NCBI GenBank assembly: GCA_963777605.1
Contig: CAVZRV010000010.1
Span: 320,001 to 384,000, forward strand
Direction: 5' to 3'
DNA from: an uncultured Acidobacteriota bacterium
Lineage (GTDB): Bacteria; Acidobacteriota; UBA6911; RPQK01; JAPXNP01
DNA length: 64,000 bases
Below the pieces are notes generated by a model. That model worked only from the letters and a program-made list of their open reading frames with translations, ran no database searches and was not told the origin of the DNA. Positions 11,727-23,789 of the stretch are shown piece by piece. Both the position numbers and the translations under genes were made by a program. Position 1 is the stretch's first letter. Each line of letters begins with the position of its first letter.

Positions 11727-12011
11727 CTACTTCATCCGCGAGCCCCGCTCCGTCCTGCTCGTGTGTCCCTTGAAGGTACGAGTCGGAGCGAATTCCCCAA
11801 GCTTGTGCCCGACCATGTTCTCAGTAATGTAGATCGGGATGAACTTCTTGCCATTGTGCACGGCTACCGTGAGGCTGACCATCTCGGGGATGATCGTTGA
11901 CCGCCTCGACCACGTCTTGATGACGGTCCGGTCCTTGGCATCCAGAGCACGAGCCACCTTCTTGAGCAAGTGGTCGTCAACAAACGGTCCCTTCTTCATT
12001 GATCGCGGCAT
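11727..12011 (-). CDS. rpsS: 30S ribosomal protein S19
   Basis: [30 protein letters not shown]; ATG at 12011. Confidence 0.98.
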   Translation of the reverse strand: MPRSMKKGPFVDDHLLKKVARALDAKDRTVIKTWSRRSTIIPEMVSLTVAVHNGKKFIPIYITENMVGHKLGEFAPTRTFKGHTSRTERGSRMK

Positions 12012-12012
12012 A

Positions 12013-12843
12013 CTATCTCCTCTTGGCCCGTCGGCGTACGATGAACCCTTCCGTCCGCTTGTTCTTGCGGGTCTTCTTCCCCTTGGTCTTCCAGCCCCAC
12101 GGCGAGCATGGATGACGACCGCCCGAAGTGCGGCCCTCGCCGCCACCCATCGGATGGTCAACCGGGTTCATTGCAACACCACGCACCTTGGGACGCCGTC
12201 CCCGCCAGCGCGTTGCCCCAGCCTTCCCGAGCGATACGTTTTCGTGCTCCGAATTGCCCACCTGGCCGATCGTGGCCCGGCACTGAATGTGGACCCGCCG
12301 GACTTCGCCCGAAGGCAACTTCACCTGAGCGTAATCACCCTCCTTGGCTACCAACTGGGCGGAGGTTCCGGCTCCCCGCGCCATCTGTCCTCCCCGGCCC
12401 AGATTCAACTCGACGTTGTGAATCGTGGTACCAACCGGGATATTCACCATTGGAAGGCTATTCCCCACCACGATGTCCGCGCCCGCTCCGGACATCACGC
12501 CGTCGCCCACCTTCACCCCTTCCGGGCAGATGATGTAGCTCTTCTCACCGTCGGCGTAGTGCAGTCGCGCGAGGTGCGCCCCGCGATTGGGATCGTATTC
12601 GATTGCCGCCACTTTGGCCGGGATGCCATCCTTCGTTCGCTTGAAATCGATAATTCGGTAACGGCGCTTGTGCCCGCCACCCCGTCGCCGCACTGCGATC
12701 TGCCCAGTCGAACTGCGACCGTTGATCCGCGTTTTGCCCTCGACCAGCGCCTTCAAAGGCTTGATGTCACTCAATTCAGGCGACACCTGCGTCGTCCTGA
12801 ACCGAGTGCCGGGCGATGTCGGTTTGTAACTCTTAATCGGCAT
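12013..12843 (-). CDS. rplB: 50S ribosomal protein L2
   Basis: [38 protein letters not shown]. Confidence 0.99.
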   Translation of the reverse strand: MPIKSYKPTSPGTRFRTTQVSPELSDIKPLKALVEGKTRINGRSSTGQIAVRRRGGGHKRRYRIIDFKRTKDGIPAKVAAIEYDPNRGAHLARLHYADGEKSYIICPEGVKVGDGVMSGAGADIVVGNSLPMVNIPVGTTIHNVELNLGRGGQMARGAGTSAQLVAKEGDYAQVKLPSGEVRRVHIQCRATIGQVGNSEHENVSLGKAGATRWRGRRPKVRGVAMNPVDHPMGGGEGRTSGGRHPCSPWGWKTKGKKTRKNKRTEGFIVRRRAKRR

Positions 12844-12845
12844 GA

Positions 12846-13139
12846 CTAGACACCTTCGAAGAATTCGATCTTCTGACCGGGCATGAGGGTGACGTACGCC
12901 TTCTTCCAGTCGGGCCTGCGCCCCTGGGTTTTTCCCTGACGTTTCATCTTTCCCTGGAACCGGGCCGTCCGAACGTGGTCCACCTTAACGTTGAAGACCT
13001 TCTCAACCGCTTCCTTTACCTGATGCTTGTTCGCTCCCACCCTGACTTGCAGAGCGACGACCTGCTTCTCCCCCTGCTCGGAGAGGGCCGTACTCTTCTC
13101 AGTGATGTGAGGGGAGCGAATGATCTCGTACACGCTCAT
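12846..13139 (-). CDS. rplW: 50S ribosomal protein L23
   Basis: [27 protein letters not shown]. Confidence 0.97.
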   Translation of the reverse strand: MSVYEIIRSPHITEKSTALSEQGEKQVVALQVRVGANKHQVKEAVEKVFNVKVDHVRTARFQGKMKRQGKTQGRRPDWKKAYVTLMPGQKIEFFEGV

Positions 13140-13762
13140 CTCTGCAGTACCTCCTGCAACTCAAGAATGGCCTGCTTACTGATCATCAGGACATCGTGGT
13201 TGACCAGGTCAAGAATATTCACGCCTTCAGAAGCCACCATCTTGGCCAACGGAACGTTCCGTGAACCCAGATAGAGATTCCTGTTCTCGCGACTATCCAC
13301 CAGCAGGACTTTCCGGCCTGCTTCCAGGCCCTCCAGCCACTTGACAAATTCCTTGGTTCGATGGGTTTCCAGAGCCAGGCTATCGAACACAAGGATCTTC
13401 TCGTTCTTCAGCTTGTCGCTCAGCACCAACTTCATGGCACCACGCCGCTTCTTCTTCGGGAGAGCCTGGGAGTAGTCTCTCGGCTGGGGCCCATGAACCG
13501 TCCCGCCACCCTTCCAAATCGGACTACGGATCGACCCTATTCGTGCGCGACCGGTCCCCTTCTGCCTCCACAGCTTGGCGCCGCTACCGGCAACCTTGGC
13601 ACGACCCTTTACCGCGTGCGTGCCCTTCCTTTGGGCAGCCTGAAAGGCGGTCACCGCCTCCCACACAAGCGTCCGGCTGGCCTCGTAATTGAACACTTCG
13701 TCCGCAAGCTCAAGCTTACCGACGACCTGGTTCTGCAGATTTCTTACTTCAACTTCAGCCAT
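13136..13762 (-). CDS. rplD: 50S ribosomal protein L4
   Basis: WRQKGTGRARIGSIRSPIWKGGG. Confidence 0.98.
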   Translation of the reverse strand: MAEVEVRNLQNQVVGKLELADEVFNYEASRTLVWEAVTAFQAAQRKGTHAVKGRAKVAGSGAKLWRQKGTGRARIGSIRSPIWKGGGTVHGPQPRDYSQALPKKKRRGAMKLVLSDKLKNEKILVFDSLALETHRTKEFVKWLEGLEAGRKVLLVDSRENRNLYLGSRNVPLAKMVASEGVNILDLVNHDVLMISKQAILELQEVLQR

Positions 13763-13780
13763 TTTCAGCTACTTTCAACC

Positions 13781-14410
13781 TCAAAAGGATCGGGTCACCA
13801 TCAGATAGCCGCCCCTGGCTCCGGGAACCGACCCCTTCACCAGCAGCAGATTGTTCTCTTCATCCACGGCCACCACCTTAAGCTTTCGGATCTTCGCCGG
13901 TCCTCCACCCATCCGGCCCGGCCCCTTCATTCCGGCAACGACCCGGCTCGGATAGGCACTGGCCCCGATCGAGCCCGGAGCCCGGTGAAACATCGAACCG
14001 TGAGTCGCCCGACCCCCGCTAAACCCGTGCCGCTTGACGACACCCTGGAAACCGCGGCCCTTGCCCCGCCCCCTGACATCCACGACGTCGTTGACACCAA
14101 AGACATCATTGACCAGGAGCTGGTCGCCCACGCCCAGATTCTCACCTTCCTCCGCCAGGTAGAAAAACTCGTGAAGAGGCTTGCAGGGCGGAACTCCGGC
14201 CCGCTTGAAATGGCCCTCTTCCGGCTTGTTCACCCGGACCTTTTTCCCGGGATCGACAAAGCCCAGCTGGACCCGGGTCTCGCCGTTGATATCAAACTTA
14301 TCCACAACCACGCAGGGCCCGGTCTGGATCACGGTCACTGGAACCGCCTTTCCGGCACTGTCGAACACCTGCGTCATTCCAATCTTCTTACCGATCAGAC
14401 CCTCAACCAT
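13781..14410 (-). CDS. rplC: 50S ribosomal protein L3
   Basis: GKKIGMTQVF, KGRGFQGVVKRH, HGSMFHRAPGSIG. Confidence 0.98.
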   Translation of the reverse strand: MVEGLIGKKIGMTQVFDSAGKAVPVTVIQTGPCVVVDKFDINGETRVQLGFVDPGKKVRVNKPEEGHFKRAGVPPCKPLHEFFYLAEEGENLGVGDQLLVNDVFGVNDVVDVRGRGKGRGFQGVVKRHGFSGGRATHGSMFHRAPGSIGASAYPSRVVAGMKGPGRMGGGPAKIRKLKVVAVDEENNLLLVKGSVPGARGGYLMVTRSF

Positions 14411-14412
14411 AA

Positions 14413-14739
14413 CTAGTCCTTCTCCGTGCCAAAGGCCTTGATCTCGACGTCGATCGCAGCTGGAAGATCCAGCTTCATCAACGCGTCGACTGTTTGCGGG
14501 GTCGGCTCAAGAATGTCCACCAGACGTTTGTGCGTCCGCATCTCAAACTGCTCCCGGGATTTCTTGTCCACGTGGGGCGACCGCAGGACTGTGTAGCGGC
14601 TGATTCTGGTCGGAAGCGGGATCGGTCCCGACACCCGCGCTCCCGTCCGCCGGGCGATCTCAACAATCTCCCGCGTGGACTGGTCCAGCACCTGGTGGTC
14701 ATAGGCCTTCAGTCGAATTCGAATTTTCTCGTCGATCAT
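14413..14739 (-). CDS. rpsJ: 30S ribosomal protein S10
   Basis: [36 protein letters not shown]. Confidence 0.99.
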   Translation of the reverse strand: MIDEKIRIRLKAYDHQVLDQSTREIVEIARRTGARVSGPIPLPTRISRYTVLRSPHVDKKSREQFEMRTHKRLVDILEPTPQTVDALMKLDLPAAIDVEIKAFGTEKD

Positions 14740-14747
14740 CGATTTTC

Positions 14748-15936
<1,189 letters not shown>

Positions 15937-16039
15937 AACGCTGACTCCCCCGAAAATCGTTTCCTTTTCTTTACAACCGGAAAGGTGCCTCAGGTGGCCC
16001 GCCGAACACGACACCCCCAGGCGCCGGAACGGTGAACAA

Positions 16040-18133
16040 TCACTTAGTGCCCACCCTCCCCTGAGACCTGGCGGTCAACTCCTGGGCAGTCGCCGCCGGC
16101 ACCTGCTCATATTGGGCAAAATGCATCGTGTAGGTCGCCCGACCCTGGGTGACCGATCGAAGATCCGTAGCATACCCAAACATTTCCGAAAGCGGCACGA
16201 AGGCCTGAACCACCTGGGAAGTCCCCCGGGCCTCCATTTGCCCAATTCGCCCCCTCCGGCTGTTCAAATCGCCAATCACAGCGCCCATGTATTCCTCCGG
16301 CACCACCACTTCGACCCGCATGACCGGCTCGAGCAGAACAGGAGCAGCCCTTTTGGCTGCGTCCTTGAACGCCATGGAACCTGCAATCTTAAACGCTATT
16401 TCTGAAGAGTCAACGTCGTGGTAGGAACCGTCGTAAAGAACGACCTTCAGATCCTCCACGGGATAGCCGGCCACAATTCCAGCCTCCATCGCCTCTTGAA
16501 TCCCAACCCGGACAGGGTCGATGTACTCACGTGGAATCGTCCCGCCCACGATGCCGTTCTCAAAAACGTATCCAACCCCGGGATCGCCCGGCTCAATTCG
16601 AATCTTGGCGTGACCGAACTGCCCGCGGCCTCCAGTCTGCCGAACGAACCGACCTTCACCTTGGGCCGCCTTCGTAATCGACTCCTTATAGGCCACCTGC
16701 GGCTTTCCGACGTTCGCGCCGACGCTGAATTCACGCAACAGACGATCAACGATAATCTCCAGGTGGAGTTCACCCATCCCCGCAATAATCGTCTGCCCAG
16801 TATCCCGATCCGTGTGAACCTTGAAAGTCGGATCCTCCTGCATCAACTTATTGAGAGAGAAACCAAGCTTGTCCTGATCCTGGCGCGTCTTCGGCTCAAT
16901 CGCGACTGCAATTACCGGCTCCGGAAAGTCCATGGCCTCGAGAATCACCGGCGCGTTTCGCGCGCAAATCGTGTCGCCCGTGGCGACGTCTTTCAAGCCA
17001 ACGGCAGCGGCGATGTCACCGGAATAGACCGCATCGATCTCTTCCCGCTTGTTGGCGTGCATTTTGAGCAGACGGCCAATCCGCTCATCCCGTCCGCGCG
17101 CTGCGTTAAACACCGTCGAGCCCGCTTTGAGCGATCCGGAATAAACCCTAAGAAAAGCCAGGTGACCCACATACGAGTCGTTCATGATCTTGAAGATCAG
17201 AGCGGCAAACGGCTCATCGTCACTGGCACGCCGAACCACCACCTCGTCTGAATCCGGCTTGACACCCTCCATCGGCGCGACATCCAGAGGTGAGGGCAAA
17301 TAGTTGACAACCGCGTCCAGAAGAGGCTGCACGCCCTTATTCTTGAAGGCGGTACCGCACACGCACGGCACGAATTCGAGGTTGATGGTGGCCTTGCGGA
17401 TTCCACGCATCAACTCTTCCTCGCCAATCTCTTCCTCCCCCAAATACTTTTCCAAAAGGTCGTTGTCAGTCTCAACAACCGCCTCAACCAGCTTCTCTCG
17501 CCATTCTCGGGCCTGCCCAACAAACTCCGCCGGAATCTCGATCTCGTCAAACTGAGCTCCGAGCTCTTCGACGCGATAGACCATGGCCTTCATTCGGACC
17601 AGATCAATCACCCCGGTAAACTTCTCTTCCTGCCCCAGCGGAATCTGCAGTGCAACCGGCTTGGCAGCCAATTTGCGGGAAATCGACTCCAGCGACTTGA
17701 AGAAATCCGCACCCGCCCGGTCCATCTTGTTCATGAACGCCAGCCGCGGAACCCCATACTTGTCAGCCTGGCGCCAGACCGTCTCCGATTGCGGCTCCAC
17801 TCCGGCTACCGCATCAAAGACGGCAACCGCACCATCCAACACCCTGAGCGAGCGCTCCACTTCCGCAGTAAAGTCCACGTGACCCGGCGTATCAATAATG
17901 TTGATACGGTGCTCTTTCCAGAAGCAGGTAGTGGCAGCCGAGGTGATCGTAATTCCGCGCTCCTGCTCCTGGACCATCCAGTCCATGGTCGCCGTTCCCT
18001 CATGGACCTCGCCGATCTTGTAGTTGATCCCGGTATAAAACAGGATCCGCTCCGTCGTCGTGGTCTTACCGGCATCGATGTGAGCCATGATGCCGATATT
18101 CCGGGTTTTATCGAGAGCTACCTTTCTTGGCAC
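16040..18133 (-). CDS. fusA: elongation factor G
   Basis: [48 protein letters not shown]. Confidence 0.99.
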   Translation of the reverse strand: MPRKVALDKTRNIGIMAHIDAGKTTTTERILFYTGINYKIGEVHEGTATMDWMVQEQERGITITSAATTCFWKEHRINIIDTPGHVDFTAEVERSLRVLDGAVAVFDAVAGVEPQSETVWRQADKYGVPRLAFMNKMDRAGADFFKSLESISRKLAAKPVALQIPLGQEEKFTGVIDLVRMKAMVYRVEELGAQFDEIEIPAEFVGQAREWREKLVEAVVETDNDLLEKYLGEEEIGEEELMRGIRKATINLEFVPCVCGTAFKNKGVQPLLDAVVNYLPSPLDVAPMEGVKPDSDEVVVRRASDDEPFAALIFKIMNDSYVGHLAFLRVYSGSLKAGSTVFNAARGRDERIGRLLKMHANKREEIDAVYSGDIAAAVGLKDVATGDTICARNAPVILEAMDFPEPVIAVAIEPKTRQDQDKLGFSLNKLMQEDPTFKVHTDRDTGQTIIAGMGELHLEIIVDRLLREFSVGANVGKPQVAYKESITKAAQGEGRFVRQTGGRGQFGHAKIRIEPGDPGVGYVFENGIVGGTIPREYIDPVRVGIQEAMEAGIVAGYPVEDLKVVLYDGSYHDVDSSEIAFKIAGSMAFKDAAKRAAPVLLEPVMRVEVVVPEEYMGAVIGDLNSRRGRIGQMEARGTSQVVQAFVPLSEMFGYATDLRSVTQGRATYTMHFAQYEQVPAATAQELTARSQGRVGTK

Positions 18134-18241
18134 GGTTTTCTATCACTCCAGATAATCGGACACTACGCCGCCCGGCCCTATCTTGGCCGCACCTCGTAGT
18201 CCGAGAAATCTCAATCTGTAATCTTAACTTGAAGAAGAGCC

Positions 18242-18255
18242 CCGCCCGAAGGCGG
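18242..18255 (-). terminator. UUCG-capped hairpin just after rpsG (terminator/attenuator-like)
   Basis: Minus strand CCGCC-TTCG-GGCGG followed by GGCTCTTCTTC (weak U tract). Confidence 0.45.
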
Positions 18256-18266
18256 AAACTTGTATT

Positions 18267-18737
18267 TTACCACCGGTAGTGAGCAAAAGCACGGTTGGCG
18301 TCCGCCATGCGGTGAACATCCTCCCGCTTCTTCACTGCCCCACCCCGGTTATTGGCGGCATCGATCAACTCGTTTGCCAAACGCTCCGCCATTGTCTTCT
18401 CACCCCGACTCCGGGACGATAACACAATCCACCGAAGCCCCAGGGCCGTACGGCGCCGCGGACTTACTTCAACCGGAACCTGGTAGGTTGACCCACCCAC
18501 TCGTCGAGACTTCGTCTCCATGAATGGACGCGCATTCTCAACCGCCTGCTTAAAGACCTTCAACGGATCTTCTCCGGTCCGCTCTTCAATTTTCTTCATG
18601 GCTCCGTAGAAAATCCGGTAAGCCGTCGTCTTCTTGCCTCCCGAGATCAGCTTGTTAACGAGCCGACTAACCAACTCATTCCCGTAAACCGGGTCCGGAA
18701 AAATTTCACGCTTGGGTACTTCTCTGCGCCTTGGCAT
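18267..18737 (-). CDS. rpsG: 30S ribosomal protein S7
   Basis: [32 protein letters not shown]; ATG at 18737. Confidence 0.99.
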   Translation of the reverse strand: MPRRREVPKREIFPDPVYGNELVSRLVNKLISGGKKTTAYRIFYGAMKKIEERTGEDPLKVFKQAVENARPFMETKSRRVGGSTYQVPVEVSPRRRTALGLRWIVLSSRSRGEKTMAERLANELIDAANNRGGAVKKREDVHRMADANRAFAHYRW

Positions 18738-18815
18738 TGATCTACTCCACAAACAAAACAAGCTGCATGACCCCTGATGCCGTGCAGCTCGCGCCCAAAA
18801 CGGTTAATCGGCCCG

Positions 18816-19190
18816 CTATCCTTTCGGCCTCTTGGTGCCGTACTTGGAGCGCGCGTTTTCGCGCCCTTCCACACCGACAGTATCAAGAGTGCCTCGGATC
18901 ACGTGATAGCGAACACCTGGGAGATCCTTCACACGACCACCGCGAATCAGCACGAGTGAATGCTCCTGCAGATTGTGGCCAATTCCAGGAATGTAAGTCG
19001 TCACTTCGATCTGATTGGTCAGACGAACTCTAGCCACTTTCCGCAACGCCGAGTTCGGCTTCTTAGGAGTCTGAGTGTAGACACGGACACAGACTCCCCG
19101 CTTCTGCGGGCAAGATCCCAATGCGGGGCTCTTGGTCTTCGTCCGGATCTTCTTTCTCCCTTTTCGGACTAACTGATTAAAAGTCGGCAC
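18816..19190 (-). CDS. rpsL: 30S ribosomal protein S12
   Basis: [34 protein letters not shown]. Confidence 0.99.
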   Translation of the reverse strand: MPTFNQLVRKGRKKIRTKTKSPALGSCPQKRGVCVRVYTQTPKKPNSALRKVARVRLTNQIEVTTYIPGIGHNLQEHSLVLIRGGRVKDLPGVRYHVIRGTLDTVGVEGRENARSKYGTKRPKG

Positions 19191-19272
19191 GCTTTAATTC
19201 TCCCAGTAAAAACAAAAAAGTGATGCCGAGGCACCACTTTCCGTTCTTTCAACCTACGGAAATGGACCTCCA

Positions 19273-19354
19273 ATGCTAGCCTGATGCACGGATATGTGTC
19301 AAGCCGCACCCCTACGGAAGTGCGTATGTTAGCAGAACCTGCCTCAGTCTACAA
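19273..19354 (-). promoter_or_regulatory. tandem sigma70-type promoters of the str/S10 superoperon
   Basis: Minus strand TTGACA-N18-TAGCAT (19302-19273) and TTGTAG-N17-TAACAT with TG extension (19354-19326); A-tract further upstream. Confidence 0.65.
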
Positions 19355-19464
19355 AGAAAGTGGGATTTTTTTGCACCGGGCACCTTTCAATTCGGTTAGC
19401 ACCCCACCTTGCTCTCTCCGAAATCGACATAATACGATGACCGTTCCAGGATAACCGATTCGCT

Positions 19465-20790
19465 ATGTTCCGAATTATTCTGTCAGCATATTCGATTCTC
19501 TACTCCATGGGGCTCGCCCTTTACGCCGTGGTGACTCTGCCAGGACGCATCTTGGGTCGGGCGGCCCGTCCCCTTGGGGAACGGCTCGGCCGAAAGGCTT
19601 GCGTCCAGGCGCTCCAGCCCGTTTCCGGCTCGATTCGAGTCTGGGTCCATGCCGTCTCCGTCGGAGAGGTCAACGCGGTCCGTCCGTTGGTGAATGAACT
19701 CTCGCAACACCGAGGCGTGCAACTCTTCGTTTCGACCACGACGGTAACCGGCCAACAGATTGCCCGGAACCACTTCAAGGATGCCGCCTCCGTCTTCTAC
19801 TTCCCGTTCGACCTCCAGTCGATCTGCCGCCGGTTGATCAGGCGCATCCGTCCCCACGTGGTCCTGCTCGCAGAAACCGAGATTTGGCCCAACTTCCTGG
19901 TGGCGGCCAATCGCGCGTCGGTGCCGGTCATCCTGGTTAACGGGAGGCTGTCCGACCGTTCCTTCGCTCGCTACCGACGTTTTCGGATACTGTTCAAACC
20001 GCTCCTTGACCGGATTGATCACTACTGCGTGCAGTCCCGGATCGATCGGGAGCGGTTCCTTCAGCTCAACGTAGCTGAAAGTCACGTGAACTGGGTGGGC
20101 AATCTGAAGTTTGACTATGAAGTCAGGATCACACCGGCTCACGAACTGATCAACTCCATGCTGGAACAGGTGCTGCGGCGAGGCGAAAGCGACCTCATCC
20201 TGGTCTGCGGGAGTACGAAACCGGGAGAAGAGGAAATTCTCCTTGATGTCGTCTGCCGGTTACGCGAACGCCATCCCGAGCTAAAACTCCTGCTCGCGCC
20301 GCGACACCCGAAGCGAGGCCAAGAGGTCCGGCAAATCGCGCAGAATCAGGGACTCTCCTGCTGCCTGCGGTCCGAACTCGTTCCGGCACGGGCCGTCCAG
20401 CCGGAATTCGAGTGCGTCGTCCTGGACACGATCGGAGAACTGGCCCAGGTGTACGAGATCGCCGATTTCGTCTTCATCGGCGGCAGCCTGGTAAACCAGG
20501 GGGGGCAGAACATCATCGAGCCGGCCGCCCACGGAAAGCCCATTCTGTTTGGGCCCGACATGAGCAACTTCAGAGAAATCGCGGCTGCCTTTCTCGATAA
20601 CTACGCCGCCCTCCAGGTCGATTCTCCAGCGGACCTCGAGGGGCGGCTGAAGATTCTCATCGGAGACTCTCATGCGCGCAACTGGCTGGGTCGAAATGCC
20701 CGAAAAGTCATTCGCAACAACCAGGGTGCGGTTGCCCGTACCATGGAAATCGTCCAGCGCTTCTGCCCACCACCCAGCGAGGCAGGATAA
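19465..20790 (+). CDS. waaA: 3-deoxy-D-manno-octulosonic acid (Kdo) transferase
   Basis: WVHAVSVGEV, ETEIWPN, NGRLSDRS, GNLKFD, APRHP, DTIGEL, GGQNIIEPA. Confidence 0.96.
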   Translation: MFRIILSAYSILYSMGLALYAVVTLPGRILGRAARPLGERLGRKACVQALQPVSGSIRVWVHAVSVGEVNAVRPLVNELSQHRGVQLFVSTTTVTGQQIARNHFKDAASVFYFPFDLQSICRRLIRRIRPHVVLLAETEIWPNFLVAANRASVPVILVNGRLSDRSFARYRRFRILFKPLLDRIDHYCVQSRIDRERFLQLNVAESHVNWVGNLKFDYEVRITPAHELINSMLEQVLRRGESDLILVCGSTKPGEEEILLDVVCRLRERHPELKLLLAPRHPKRGQEVRQIAQNQGLSCCLRSELVPARAVQPEFECVVLDTIGELAQVYEIADFVFIGGSLVNQGGQNIIEPAAHGKPILFGPDMSNFREIAAAFLDNYAALQVDSPADLEGRLKILIGDSHARNWLGRNARKVIRNNQGAVARTMEIVQRFCPPPSEAG

Positions 20791-20838
20791 TGGACATTTG
20801 TGATTTTTCCATTTTCTTTGATCTGTGATTTTTGAACT

Positions 20839-21927
20839 ATGTTCGGTCGGTCTGGATTTGGTGCACGGCAGGTTGGACGCGTCTTCGGGAGAATCGTCTC
20901 CGTGCGCAATCGCCTCTACGATCGGAACCTCCTGCCAGTCAAGCGACTGAGCCGACCCGTCATCAGCGTAGGGAACCTCAACCTCGGGGGAAGCGGAAAG
21001 ACCCCACTGGTTCAGTACCTGGCCCAGGAGCTTCAGCGACGCGGGTGGGCCCCCGCCGTTGTAAGCCGCGGATATCGTGGCAGTTCCGAATCCGGCAACC
21101 TGCTGGTTTCTGACGGAGCCGAGATTTTCTGCACCGCTGCGGAGTCGGGAGATGAGCCGTACCTGATGGCCCGGCGACTGTCCGGCGTCGCAGTGGCGGT
21201 CGGCAAGTACCGCTGGAAGTCAGCGCGACTGATTGAGCAACGTTGCCCGGCCCCCCGCCGCGTCTTTCTTCTCGACGACGGGTTTCAACACCGAAAGCTG
21301 GCTCGTGACCTCAACATCCTGGTCATTGACGCTTCCGCACCACCGTTCTCCGACCGGCTTCTTCCGGCAGGCAATTTGCGGGAGCCTATCACTTCCGTGG
21401 CCCGAGCGGACGTTGTGTTCCTCAGCCGATGCCACCTCGCACGCTCCCGCGTCGAAGGACTCGAAGCCAGGACTCGCGAACTGGCCCCGGACGTCCCGGT
21501 ATTCAGCTTCGGACACCGCTACCGGGATTACCGGAATCTCGCGGACAACAGGACCGCCGAGGTCGACGACCTGGTTCGGTCGAAGGTCGTCGTACTGGCT
21601 GCTTTGGGGAATCCAAGGCAGTTCCTCGATGATCTGGCTCGTGCCGGATTGAGGGTGGTCAACGAGTTTCTGTTTCGGGATCACCATCCCTACTCCCAGC
21701 AAGAGATCGATTTCGTCCTTGAGCGGGCGCGTCGACTCGGAGCGGAAGCCATCATCACCACAGAGAAAGACGCCGTCCGCCTGGAGGGAATGAATTTTGG
21801 GAACATCCCCTTCTGGGCGCTCCGCATTGAGCCATACCCACTCGATCAAGAGCACTTTTCCCAGTGGTTGGACTCCCAGATGGAGAAGATCGGCGGGTCG
21901 AGTCCTGCAAAGGGGATGGAACCTTGA
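20839..21927 (+). CDS. lpxK: tetraacyldisaccharide 4'-kinase
   Basis: SVGNLNLGGSGKTP, SRGY, GDEP, LDDGFQH, LPAGNLREP, TTEKDAVR. Confidence 0.96.
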   Translation: MFGRSGFGARQVGRVFGRIVSVRNRLYDRNLLPVKRLSRPVISVGNLNLGGSGKTPLVQYLAQELQRRGWAPAVVSRGYRGSSESGNLLVSDGAEIFCTAAESGDEPYLMARRLSGVAVAVGKYRWKSARLIEQRCPAPRRVFLLDDGFQHRKLARDLNILVIDASAPPFSDRLLPAGNLREPITSVARADVVFLSRCHLARSRVEGLEARTRELAPDVPVFSFGHRYRDYRNLADNRTAEVDDLVRSKVVVLAALGNPRQFLDDLARAGLRVVNEFLFRDHHPYSQQEIDFVLERARRLGAEAIITTEKDAVRLEGMNFGNIPFWALRIEPYPLDQEHFSQWLDSQMEKIGGSSPAKGMEP

Positions 21928-22985
21928 GAACCAAACCCGACTTTCGCCGGATTATGGTTCGCTCGACCAACTGGATCGGCGACGTCGTCATGTCTCTCGC
22001 AGCCCTCAGAGAATTGCGTGCGGCTTACCCCGAGGCTCACGTTGCGGTCCTGGCCCGTGACTGGGTCGCCGACCTCTATCGGGAACAGGCTCTGGTCGAT
22101 GAAGTGATCAGCTTTCCTCGAGGCCAGTCTTCTCTCCGGTGCCGGGACCAGGTCCGAGGATATGACGCGGCGGTTCTCTTTCAGAACGCATTCGAGGCGG
22201 CCCTGCTCGCCTTCCTGACCCGGATACCGCGCCGATTCGGATACTCGATCCAGGGCCGTGGGTTCCTTCTGACCGACCGGGCCCACCCTCGTACCCCCGA
22301 ACTGGGTCGGCACCAGGTCTTTTACTATCTTGACCTGCTCCACCAGGTTGGGCTTTCCGAGCGAGACTACCTGGCCGATCCAGGATTCACTCCCGACATC
22401 AGCCTGCGCCCACCCGAAGCGGGAACCGCCGAAGCCCGGCGGTTGCTGAATGAAGGAGGATGGGCGGAGGAACGTCCCCTGATCGGCATCAACCCGGGCG
22501 CCACCTTTGGTCCGGCCAAGCGCTGGCTGACGGAACGATACGCGGAACTGGGAGATCGCCTCTGCCGCGAACTGGGTGCCAGCGTCATGATTGTCGGATC
22601 GGCCTCGGAGCGCGTTCTCGCAGAGCAGATCCAAGAACGCATGGAAGCTCGCCCGATCATCCTCAGCGGACAAACCAATCTGCGGAGCCTGCTCGGCTCG
22701 ATCGCTCTTTGCCGACTCTTTATCACCAATGATTCCGGTCCCATGCACCTGGCGGCCGCCCTCGATGTTCCACAAATCGCTCTGTTTGGTTCCACCGACC
22801 AAATCGCGACCGGCCCGTTGAGCCCGAGGGCCCGGGTCATCCACAAGCACGTCAAGTGCAGCCCCTGCCTGCGGCGGTGCTGTCCCATCGACCTGCGATG
22901 CTTCACCCGGATATCGGTTGACGAAGTCTTTCACCTTGCACAGGAATTGCTCCATGAAATCCCGGCGTCCGGCTCTTTTTCTTGA
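21924..22985 (+). CDS. waaF: LPS heptosyltransferase II (GT9)
   Basis: NWIGDVVM, NPGATFGPAKRW, TNDSGPMHLAAA, CSPC; TTG start overlaps the lpxK TGA. Confidence 0.9.
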   Translation: MRTKPDFRRIMVRSTNWIGDVVMSLAALRELRAAYPEAHVAVLARDWVADLYREQALVDEVISFPRGQSSLRCRDQVRGYDAAVLFQNAFEAALLAFLTRIPRRFGYSIQGRGFLLTDRAHPRTPELGRHQVFYYLDLLHQVGLSERDYLADPGFTPDISLRPPEAGTAEARRLLNEGGWAEERPLIGINPGATFGPAKRWLTERYAELGDRLCRELGASVMIVGSASERVLAEQIQERMEARPIILSGQTNLRSLLGSIALCRLFITNDSGPMHLAAALDVPQIALFGSTDQIATGPLSPRARVIHKHVKCSPCLRRCCPIDLRCFTRISVDEVFHLAQELLHEIPASGSFS

Positions 22986-23544
22986 TCGTGACGGTACCCT
23001 GATCAAAGAGGTCAATTACCTAACCACCATCGACCAGCTAGCAATGCTCGACGGGTCCATCGAAGCGCTCCGCCTGGCCCACGCGGCAGGAATGGCGACC
23101 GTTCTCATTACGAACCAGTCCGCCGTCGCGCGCGGCATGCTCACAGAAACGGAACTCCAAAGAATTCACCACCACCTGTCCCGCCTGATTGTCGAAAAGG
23201 GAGGTGTGCTGGACGGTGTCTACTACTGCCCCCACCATCCCGAGGGATCGGTTGCGGGGTACGCCGCCCCCTGTCAGTGCCGCAAGCCGCAACCCGGACT
23301 CCTCCTGGCGGCCGCCCGGGAACTGGGATTGAATCTCTCCAAAAGCCTCATGGTTGGGGACAGCCTGAAGGACGTCGAGGCCGGCCGGAAGGCGGGGTGT
23401 ACATCCGTCCTCGTTGAGACTGGCTACGGAGCCCGCGAATCCGCGCTGATCGAGAACGGAGAGAACGGAGGGACAGTCCCCGACTACGTCGCCCCGGACA
23501 TCCTCGAAGCCGTTCGCTGGTTTCTCACCCGCCGCGAGGGCTGA
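22954..23544 (+). CDS. gmhB: D-glycero-beta-D-manno-heptose 1,7-bisphosphate phosphatase (HAD)
   Basis: FLDRDGTL, TNQSAVARG, YYCPHHP, CQCRKPQPG, MVGD. Confidence 0.93.
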   Translation: MKSRRPALFLDRDGTLIKEVNYLTTIDQLAMLDGSIEALRLAHAAGMATVLITNQSAVARGMLTETELQRIHHHLSRLIVEKGGVLDGVYYCPHHPEGSVAGYAAPCQCRKPQPGLLLAAARELGLNLSKSLMVGDSLKDVEAGRKAGCTSVLVETGYGARESALIENGENGGTVPDYVAPDILEAVRWFLTRREG

Positions 23545-23654
23545 ATTCCCGCCTCCAGCCAATCCGGGACAGACTCCGATTACCGTCCAGTGCGGCTGGC
23601 TTTCTGGGAGAACCGGCGAAGCAACATGCCGGGACGACATGCCAGGAGGGACCT

Positions 23655-23703
23655 CCGGGCTAAGGCTGCCCCGGCGACATATCAGGCAATCTGCCTGGAC
23701 TAC
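23655..23703. repeat. REP-like bipartite palindrome (copy 1)
   Basis: CAGGCA-ATC-TGCCTG-GACTAC (minus strand GTAGTCCAGGCAGATTGCCTG); aligns with 44694-44740. Confidence 0.5.
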
Positions 23704-23789
23704 CTTCGCCCCGTCAACTCGGTCTCCTGTCTCCTGTCTTCTAACCCCATTCCTGCTATGCTTACGGTCGTTCAAGTTGCCGAGGGACT

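Noticed and set aside
18816-19190. Streptomycin-resistance substitutions in S12
   Set aside because: TPKKPNS and RVKDLPG motifs are canonical
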